Assembly (NCBI GenBank): GCA_004561445.1
Contig: SFVX01000001.1
Location: 318,266-382,265 of the forward strand
From: a bacterium
GTDB taxonomy: Bacteria; Patescibacteriota; Saccharimonadia; Saccharimonadales; Saccharimonadaceae
Direction of reading: 5' to 3'
DNA length: 64,000 bases
Below, piece by piece: positions 45,496 through 51,482 of this stretch. The position numbers and the translations under genes were made by a program. A model generated the notes under the pieces. The model saw nothing but the letters and a program-made list of their open reading frames with translations. It ran no database searches and was not told where the DNA came from. Position 1 is the first letter of the stretch. Every line of letters starts with the position of its first letter.

Positions 45496-45523
45496 ATAAG
45501 CAACTGAAATAACAGAGGAAAAA

Positions 45524-45964
45524 ATGCGCAACAAAATGAACAAATACTTAAAAATCGCTGCGATTGCTGTTTTTGTGGTGTTGGCGGCTGGTTTTGTGAC
45601 GACCGTAGCGACGAGTCCGGCGATGGCGGAATGTGAGACGGCGGTTTTGCCCGATGAATGGTGCGATGGCAACAATGATATTATGGATGTCGTAAAATTT
45701 GTGGTCGGCATGCTAGCTGGTGGTGTCACTTTTATTGGCATTGTTGGTATCGTTATATGTGGCGTAATGTATCTTACGGCGCGCGACAATGAGGCACAGG
45801 TTGCAAAGGCGAAGAAGCGTTTGATAGATGTAATTATTGGTGTGGTGATTTGGGTATTATTTGCGTTTGGAGCGAATGGTATTTTGACGCTTTTGGTGCC
45901 AAAGGCGGAAGGAGTTGAAATTACTGAAATGCAAACTCAGATAATAGATAAGGAAATTGCGTGA
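45524..45964 (+). CDS. T4SS pilin-like protein (TrbC/VirB2-type hairpin), divergent paralog 1
   Basis: Signal peptide ...SPAMA, Cys pair, then two TM helices flanking YLTARDNEAQVAKAKKRL (degenerate motif). Confidence 0.6.
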   Translation: MRNKMNKYLKIAAIAVFVVLAAGFVTTVATSPAMAECETAVLPDEWCDGNNDIMDVVKFVVGMLAGGVTFIGIVGIVICGVMYLTARDNEAQVAKAKKRLIDVIIGVVIWVLFAFGANGILTLLVPKAEGVEITEMQTQIIDKEIA

Positions 45965-46626
45965 TGAAAAAAGTTTTAATCGCTTTTGTAATGCTTTGCT
46001 CCGTGATGCTTGGCTTGGTTATGCCTACGAACCAAGCGGCGGCTTTTAATACGAATTGTACTACGAGGTTCTTGGGTTTACCGGCCTGGTATGATGGATT
46101 GGTTAATACGAGTACCTGCGAGATAGAAAGCCCGGCAAAAGATGAAGCTAAGCTTAGGCAGTTTATCTGGACGGTGGTTGCGAATATTATGGCGCTCGTG
46201 ATGGGTGTGGTTGGATATCTAGCAATCGCATTTGTGATATTTGGTGGTTTTCAGTATTTGACGTCTTCTGGTGATCCTGGAAGAGCCGCCAAAGGTAAGA
46301 AAACGATTACAAATGCGCTTATTGGTACAGTGATTTGTTTGTTAGCTTCAGCGGTTTCGAGTGCAATTTCTGGTATTATAAGGGGCGCTACGAATGGTAC
46401 GGGCACCGCTGGGCAATTCTTTGCTAATCTGTTAAATACTGTGTTTGTTTGGGCGGGAATTTTGTGCGTTATAATGATTGTGATTGCTGGCATAGAGTAT
46501 GCGATTAGTATTGGCAATCCAGGCAAAGTTTCGAAAGCTAAGAACACGATTATGTATGCTGCGATTGGACTTGTAATTATTATTGCTGCAGCTGCGATTG
46601 TTAACTTTGTAGTAGGAGCTGTTTAG
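45964..46626 (+). CDS. tandem double T4SS pilin-like protein, paralog 2
   Basis: Two hairpin modules: ...GGFQYLTSSGDPGRAAKGKKTITNALIG... and ...AGIEYAISIGNPGKVSKAKNTIMYAAIG... ATG 45964 overlaps the upstream TGA; an alternative GTG lies at 45961. Confidence 0.7.
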   Translation: MKKVLIAFVMLCSVMLGLVMPTNQAAAFNTNCTTRFLGLPAWYDGLVNTSTCEIESPAKDEAKLRQFIWTVVANIMALVMGVVGYLAIAFVIFGGFQYLTSSGDPGRAAKGKKTITNALIGTVICLLASAVSSAISGIIRGATNGTGTAGQFFANLLNTVFVWAGILCVIMIVIAGIEYAISIGNPGKVSKAKNTIMYAAIGLVIIIAAAAIVNFVVGAV

Positions 46627-47004
46627 ATGAAGAAGGTATTTTTAGTAATTGCGATATTATTGTCTGGTTTTATGGTAATTAATATGCCAGTGAAAATTTA
46701 TGCAAAAGACTGTGGGGGTGTCCAAGTTGCAGACAAGGCTAATTGCCCTGGTGAGTTTACGGTTCCTGGTGATGGAGAAGGGTCACTTAAGAATTCCGTT
46801 CAAAAAGCCCTGAGTGCTATTTTTGGGATTCTTGGTATTATCGCGGCAGTAGTAATTATTATTGCGGGCGTTCAGTATATGATTTCGGCGGGCGATCCGG
46901 GAAAAGTTGCAACTGCAAAAAAGGCAATTCTCTATGCGATTATCGGACTTATCGTATCTTTGTCGGCGTATGCTATAACAAACTTTATTTTGGGAGCATT
47001 ATAA
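46627..47004 (+). CDS. T4SS pilin-like protein, paralog 3
   Basis: Signal peptide, Cys pair, ...AGVQYMISAGDPGKVATAKKAILYAIIGL...NFILGAL. Confidence 0.7.
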   Translation: MKKVFLVIAILLSGFMVINMPVKIYAKDCGGVQVADKANCPGEFTVPGDGEGSLKNSVQKALSAIFGILGIIAAVVIIIAGVQYMISAGDPGKVATAKKAILYAIIGLIVSLSAYAITNFILGAL

Positions 47005-47008
47005 ATAA

Positions 47009-47308
47009 ATGAATTTATATAAGATAATAGGTTTAGGCATTAAAGACCAGGTTACTGGTGCGGCGAATGGCACTACGGCTCAATCTATTGTTGGCAATGT
47101 AGTGAAGGCGGTTCTTGGCATTGCTGGCGTAATTGCAGTAGTAGTAATTATCATTGGTGGTGTCTTTTATATGACGGCGCAAGGTGATCCGGGAAAAATT
47201 ACAAAGGCCAAGAACTGTATCTTCGGTGGCGTGATTGGGCTCGTGATTTGTTTGTTAGCTTTTGCGATTGTAACTTTTGCGATGAATGCCTTTGCAGGAA
47301 ATATATAA
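47009..47308 (+). CDS. T4SS pilin-like protein, paralog 4 (no obvious signal peptide)
   Basis: 99 aa with ...GGVFYMTAQGDPGKITKAKNCIFGGVIGL...; the N-terminus MNLYKIIGLGIKDQV is not hydrophobic. Confidence 0.6.
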   Translation: MNLYKIIGLGIKDQVTGAANGTTAQSIVGNVVKAVLGIAGVIAVVVIIIGGVFYMTAQGDPGKITKAKNCIFGGVIGLVICLLAFAIVTFAMNAFAGNI

Positions 47309-47312
47309 TCTA

Positions 47313-47340
47313 TCGACAAAAGCTGAAGTTATGGTAAAAT
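47313..47340 (+). promoter_or_regulatory. promoter TCGACA-16-(TGg)TAAAAT for pilin paralog 5
   Basis: Extended -10; leader carries SD AAGGAG. Confidence 0.45.
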
Positions 47341-47377
47341 TAAACTAAAGTTCTTTGGAATTAAAAAAGGAGAAAAA

Positions 47378-47881
47378 ATGAACAAACTAAATAAAATCTT
47401 GAAAGCTGGTGTCTTTGCGGCTTTCTTGGCGGCTGTGATTGCTGGTCCAGTAATGGCAGCAGATTACTCTTGTATTACTGGTGGTACTGGTAAGTATCCA
47501 AACCTTTCTACTAGCGGTGGCGCCGGTACGGAATATCCAAACAAATGTGTCACGATTAATGACGGTGGTAATTATATTACTATCTATGGTAAAGACGCGG
47601 GCGCATGTGCACAGGCCGGTTCTCTTACTAGTGATCCAGATGCTTGTAATAGCCAAGATTTGAATGAGATTATTCATACAATTATTAATACCGTAATCTT
47701 TGTAGTCGGTATGCTCGCCGTAATTATGATTATTCTTGGTGGTGTTAACTATGCAACTTCTCAGGGTGATCCAAACAAGGTTAATAAAGCTAAGAGTACT
47801 ATTATGTATGGTATTATCGGTCTTGTGATTTGTCTCTTGGCGTTTGCAATTGTGAACTTCGTCCTTCAAGCTTTGGCTTAA
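47378..47881 (+). CDS. T4SS pilin-like protein, paralog 5 (4-Cys variable domain)
   Basis: Signal peptide ...GPVMA, four Cys, ...GGVNYATSQGDPNKVNKAKSTIMYGIIGL...NFVLQALA. Confidence 0.7.
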   Translation: MNKLNKILKAGVFAAFLAAVIAGPVMAADYSCITGGTGKYPNLSTSGGAGTEYPNKCVTINDGGNYITIYGKDAGACAQAGSLTSDPDACNSQDLNEIIHTIINTVIFVVGMLAVIMIILGGVNYATSQGDPNKVNKAKSTIMYGIIGLVICLLAFAIVNFVLQALA

Positions 47882-47899
47882 AGATAAGCGATTAATAAA

Positions 47900-47927
47900 T
47901 ACCCTGCTCTATTGCGGGGTATTTTTA
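47900..47927 (+). terminator. intrinsic terminator after pilin paralog 5
   Basis: Stem taccctgc/gcggggta (one G-U pair) followed by TTTTT. Confidence 0.55.
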
Positions 47928-47941
47928 TATGCTTAATATTA

Positions 47942-47950
47942 TGTTAAAAT
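47942..47950 (+). promoter_or_regulatory. extended -10 TGtTAAAAT for pilin paralog 6
   Basis: About 22 nt upstream of ATG 47973, with SD AAGGAG in between. Confidence 0.45.
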
Positions 47951-47972
47951 ATCTTTAGACAAAGGAGAAAAA

Positions 47973-48350
47973 ATGAAAGAAGTAATTAAAAAGATTGGTC
48001 TTGGAATCGCGAGCGTAGCGATGGTTGCTTGCGGTATGACTGCAATTGCGCCGAGTGTATATGCAAGCCCAGTTACTGAGGCTCAAGGTGGCGTATCTGA
48101 TATTACGCCAGCTGGCACAAATACAGACTTGATGGATATTATTAAGACTATCCTCAATACCGTCTTTGTAGTTGTAGGTATTGTAGCGGTTGTTATGATT
48201 ATCCTTGGTGGTATTAATTATGCAACTTCTCAGGGTGATCCTGGAAAGGCCTCAAAGGCTAAGAATACGATTATGTATGCGATTATTGGTCTAGTCGTTA
48301 CTCTACTTGCCTTTGCGGTTGTAAACTTTGTATTAAGCGCACTTGCCTAG
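47973..48350 (+). CDS. T4SS pilin-like protein, paralog 6
   Basis: Signal peptide ...PSVYA, ...GGINYATSQGDPGKASKAKNTIMYAIIGL...NFVLSALA. Confidence 0.7.
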   Translation: MKEVIKKIGLGIASVAMVACGMTAIAPSVYASPVTEAQGGVSDITPAGTNTDLMDIIKTILNTVFVVVGIVAVVMIILGGINYATSQGDPGKASKAKNTIMYAIIGLVVTLLAFAVVNFVLSALA

Positions 48351-48368
48351 GGGAAAATGATTTTAAAA

Positions 48369-48398
48369 ATATCTCACCAACTTGGTGAGATATTTTTT
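48369..48398 (+). terminator. intrinsic terminator after pilin paralog 6
   Basis: 11-bp stem atatctcacca/tggtgagatat followed by TTTTTT. Confidence 0.7.
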
Positions 48399-48445
48399 AG
48401 GTGAGTGCTTTAGGGCTTTGTATTTAGAATCTTTGAACTGTGAAC

Positions 48446-48476
48446 TAAAATATCTCCGCAGGATATGCGGAGATAT
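48446..48476 (-). terminator. intrinsic terminator after hsp20
   Basis: Stem tatctccgca/tgcggagata followed by TTTT on the - strand. Confidence 0.6.
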
Positions 48477-48480
48477 TGGA

Positions 48481-48993
48481 TTAGTTGACGAGAATGCGTT
48501 TTTTTGCTTCGGTCTTCTCTTTTTCGAAGGAGACGGTAAGGACGCCATCCTTAAGGACTGCTTCGACGCCATCTTCTTTGACCTGAACTGGTAAAGCGAT
48601 AGTGCGGCTAAATTCGCCCCAGTAGCATTCTTGAATGTGCCATTGAACGACTTTATCGTCTTCGCTGCCGCTAAGAACGCCAGAGATGGTTAAGATATTG
48701 TCTGAGATAGAAACATCGAGATCTTTGCGTTCAATACCTGCGGTGCGGGCTTTGATGATAAGTTTGTCTGCAGTTTCATAGACGTCAACAGCGAGCTGAC
48801 CTGGGATATCCTCGTCTTCATCCCAATCGTCGTCAGCGACTTCTTCTTCGTAGATTTGCTCTGTGACTGCGTTTTGAGTGTCGACAGGAGTATCCACCGG
48901 TTCCTCTTCGACTAACATGTCGCCACTATTGTCATCCATGAAGGCAGCGGCGAGCTCGTCATCTAAGCTCATCTCGTCTTGTTTTCGAGCCAT
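48481..48993 (-). CDS. Hsp20/alpha-crystallin family small heat-shock protein
   Basis: Acidic N-terminus followed by the ACD: ...DVYETADKLIIKARTAGIERKDLDVSI...GEFSRTIALP...AVLKDGVLTVSFEK. Confidence 0.9.
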   Translation of the reverse strand: MARKQDEMSLDDELAAAFMDDNSGDMLVEEEPVDTPVDTQNAVTEQIYEEEVADDDWDEDEDIPGQLAVDVYETADKLIIKARTAGIERKDLDVSISDNILTISGVLSGSEDDKVVQWHIQECYWGEFSRTIALPVQVKEDGVEAVLKDGVLTVSFEKEKTEAKKRILVN

Positions 48994-49091
48994 AATAAAT
49001 ATTTTCCTCCACTATTTACACTCTTAAGCTTTATTATAGAGAGCGTTTCTAATAAAATCAAGAAAAAAGAGGAGGTGTTGTAAAAAATACA

Positions 49092-49742
49092 ATGAATATT
49101 AGTCTGGCGGAGTTGTTTTGTCCTCACCACTGTATTTCTTGCGGTAAAATTGGCGGAATTTTGTGTGAGTGTTGTAAAAAATACATTTTAGATGAACGAA
49201 AGCTGAATTGTCTAAAATGTGGTGCGGAATTAATACATGAAAAATGCGTAAGATGCGACGCATTGCCCTGTTTGCAATTTTATGTAGGAAAGCGTAAGGG
49301 TGCACTTAAGAGTTTAATTAATAATTATAAATATAATTCGGTGCGAGCGTGCGGAGATGTACTAGCAGAGCTGTTGGCGGAATGTATTAATATCGAGTCA
49401 GCGGTTGTCGTTCCCCTGCCAACGATAGGAAAGCATGTGCGGGAGCGTGGCTTTGACCATACAAAGTTGTTGGCACGGAAATTAGTAAGACTAAAAGAAT
49501 GAAAATATGAATGCGTGATAGAGCGCGCAAATAATACAGTGCAGGTGGGTGCATCGAACGAAAAGCGCAAAGTACAGGCGAAGGAAGCGTATATTGTGAG
49601 ACAAAAACTCGATCCGCTTAAAACATATATACTACTTGATGACGTTTGGACGACGGGCAGTAGTATGATGGCGGCATATGAAAAAATCTTCCAGGCGGGG
49701 GCCCGGAAGATTGTGATCGCAGTAATTGCTAAGAGTGGATAA
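49092..49742 (+). pseudogene. comFC: ComF-family phosphoribosyltransferase-like protein interrupted by one in-frame TGA (49500-49502)
   Basis: The ORFs 49092-49502 and 49515-49742 are in the same frame. N-terminal Cys4 zinc ribbon, ...RERGFDH..., C-terminal PRT motif YILLDDVWTTGSS. Confidence 0.75.
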
Positions 49743-49744
49743 GA

Positions 49745-50146
49745 TTAAGCGGTAGTTCCACCAACAGCATTGATGACAAAGTTTACGATGGCGTAAGCTA
49801 GCAAGGCGATGATGAGGCCGATAATCGCGTACATGATGGTGTTTTTGGCGTCGGTAACTTTGGAGCTGTTGCCGCCGGAAATAACGTAACGGAAGCCGCC
49901 ATAGATAAGCATGATAACAGAAATGATACCAACAGCGTAAAGAATAGTGTTTACAATCTGAGTAAAGACGCCGTTGACGCCGATAAGTTCGGCTGGCATA
50001 CCGTTGCCACGAGCCATCTCTGCTCCGGCCTGGGCTGGATTTTTGAGATCGGCCATACCGCTAGCCATTACACGTCCAGCAAATAGTACGACGGCGGTGC
50101 TGGCGCCGGTGAGGATTTGGCTGGTTTTGACAATAAGTTTCTTCAT
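49745..50146 (-). CDS. T4SS pilin-like protein, paralog 7 (opposite strand)
   Basis: Signal peptide ...GRVMA, ...GGFRYVISGGNSSKVTDAKNTIMYAIIGL...NFVINAV. Confidence 0.7.
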   Translation of the reverse strand: MKKLIVKTSQILTGASTAVVLFAGRVMASGMADLKNPAQAGAEMARGNGMPAELIGVNGVFTQIVNTILYAVGIISVIMLIYGGFRYVISGGNSSKVTDAKNTIMYAIIGLIIALLAYAIVNFVINAVGGTTA

Positions 50147-50177
50147 ATTTGATTAATCTTATCCTTTAATTAAAATA

Positions 50178-50206
50178 ATTATACATTATTATAAAATAAT
50201 TGACAA
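50178..50206 (-). promoter_or_regulatory. promoter TTGTCA-17-TATAAT for pilin paralog 7
   Basis: Read on the - strand; about 25-nt leader with AAGGA SD. Confidence 0.45.
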
Positions 50207-50238
50207 ATTACTGAATGCTAGTCAGTGGGCGGATTTTG

Positions 50239-50247
50239 TGCTAAAAT
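50239..50247 (+). promoter_or_regulatory. extended -10 TGcTAAAAT, 9 nt upstream of the tRNA-Ser 5' end
   Basis: Same box-to-start spacing as the leaderless CDS promoters. Confidence 0.4.
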
Positions 50248-50256
50248 AAGAGTATT

Positions 50257-50349
50257 GGAGGGTTACCCAAGTGGCTGAAGGGGACGGTTTGCTAAATCGT
50301 TAGACTGGCGAAAGCTGGTGCGAGAGTTCGAATCTCTCACCCTCCGCCA
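50257..50349 (+). tRNA. tRNA-Ser (anticodon GCT), class II with long variable arm, CCA encoded
   Basis: Hand fold: acceptor ggagggt/accctcc, anticodon loop ttGCTaa, T-arm gagag-ttcgaat-ctctc. Confidence 0.85.
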
Positions 50350-50391
50350 AAAGATGCGCAGGAAACTGGGCATTTTTTGATGGTTTTAGTA

Positions 50392-50397
50392 TATAAT
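50392..50397 (+). promoter_or_regulatory. -10 box TATAAT, 6 nt upstream of ATG 50404
   Basis: Supports the internal start MAKKNMV... rather than 50377. Confidence 0.4.
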
Positions 50398-50403
50398 TTA
50401 AGT

Positions 50404-50868
50404 ATGGCTAAAAAGAATATGGTTAACTGGGAAGCACGCGAATATATCGCTCGCGAGAAAAATGCGGCTTGGTATGTTTGTTTTGGAATTGTGGTAGTTG
50501 GGCTTGCAGCTCTCGCAATTTTTATGCAACAGTTTACATTTTTGTTATTAATTATTGTGGCGGCAGTGGCATTAGTTGTCTACTCGGTGCGTCCACCGCG
50601 AGTATTACACTACTCTCTTAGTAGCAAGGGACTCTCGGAAGGCAATAATCTATATACTTTTGGAGATTTTAAGTCCTTTGGCGTATTAAATGAAGATAAT
50701 CATTATTCGATTGTTTTGATTCCGAAGAAACGTTTTGCGACAAGTGTGGTAGTTTACTTCCCTGAAACCTCCGGTGAGGAGATTGTAGATATTTTCGGTG
50801 CACATCTACCGATGGAGCCAGTGAAACTAGATGTACTTGATAAGTTAGTGCGCTTGTTGCGTATTTAA
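50404..50868 (+). CDS. hypothetical membrane protein (two TM helices + small C-terminal domain)
   Basis: Start set at MAKKNMVNWEAREY... Confidence 0.5.
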   Translation: MAKKNMVNWEAREYIAREKNAAWYVCFGIVVVGLAALAIFMQQFTFLLLIIVAAVALVVYSVRPPRVLHYSLSSKGLSEGNNLYTFGDFKSFGVLNEDNHYSIVLIPKKRFATSVVVYFPETSGEEIVDIFGAHLPMEPVKLDVLDKLVRLLRI

Positions 50869-50924
50869 CATAAACGTGTTAGATTATAAATAAGTTTTAA
50901 TATAGAAAAGTAAGGTGGGCAAAA

Positions 50925-51416
50925 ATGGACCAAAAACAGGACGAATTGCAGGCAGCAATTGACAACATCACCAATGCTAGCGCAGCTGTTGCGGATAGCA
51001 CGAGCAACGATGTTGTTTCTCAGATTGAAAACAAAGTAGCAGATGCGGAGCCAGAGATTGTGTCAGCACAAAGTGCTGAGCCTGCAGGAGATAAGGCGAT
51101 CAAAGAGGCGGAGGCTTCAAAGATTGAAATGACGCCACAGAAGGCAATGTATGGTGATCCGGATCTTGACCGTGTGAAAATCAATGCATTAAATGAGATT
51201 CGCCCGATTCTTGAAACAGTTGATATCCTACCAGAGAAGAAATTCACAATTTATAAAGATATTATTGAGCTTACCGACGATAAGGCTTGTATTGAGCCAG
51301 CTTACAATGCAGCACGTCAAATTGCCGATGAAAAAGAGCGCGCTGAGGCATTGCTTTATATTATCGAAATTATCGATGATCTGGGCGTTAAGATGCCAGC
51401 TGAAGATAAGAAATAA
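50925..51416 (+). CDS. hypothetical acidic protein
   Basis: 163 aa; SD AAGGTGG. Confidence 0.5.
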   Translation: MDQKQDELQAAIDNITNASAAVADSTSNDVVSQIENKVADAEPEIVSAQSAEPAGDKAIKEAEASKIEMTPQKAMYGDPDLDRVKINALNEIRPILETVDILPEKKFTIYKDIIELTDDKACIEPAYNAARQIADEKERAEALLYIIEIIDDLGVKMPAEDKK

Positions 51417-51427
51417 AATATCGCTTT

Positions 51428-51461
51428 AAAAAATAATCCCCGTTTTGGGGATTATTTTTTT
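51428..51461. terminator. bidirectional intrinsic terminator (50925-51416 gene / groEL)
   Basis: Stem ataatcccc/ggggattat flanked by an A-run and a T-run. Confidence 0.7.
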
Positions 51462-51482
51462 GTTTGTCTCTGAACGAATGGT

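Noticed and set aside
49500-49502. Global UGA reassignment (code 25 Gly or code 4 Trp) as the explanation for the in-frame TGA in comF
   Set aside because: TGA terminates several well-supported genes in this window (sufB at 175-177, GT2 at 3480-3482, dnaA at 30310-30312, pilin 1 at 45962-45964), each at the expected protein end. No other conserved gene here contains an internal TGA.
32771-50349. Interpretation of the T4SS locus as an integrated conjugative element at tRNA-Ser
   Set aside because: The window contains no integrase, relaxase or coupling protein. No repeat of the tRNA 3' end occurs at the recF-side border. Promoter style and codon look match the flanks by eye. It is kept as a testable alternative in the findings.
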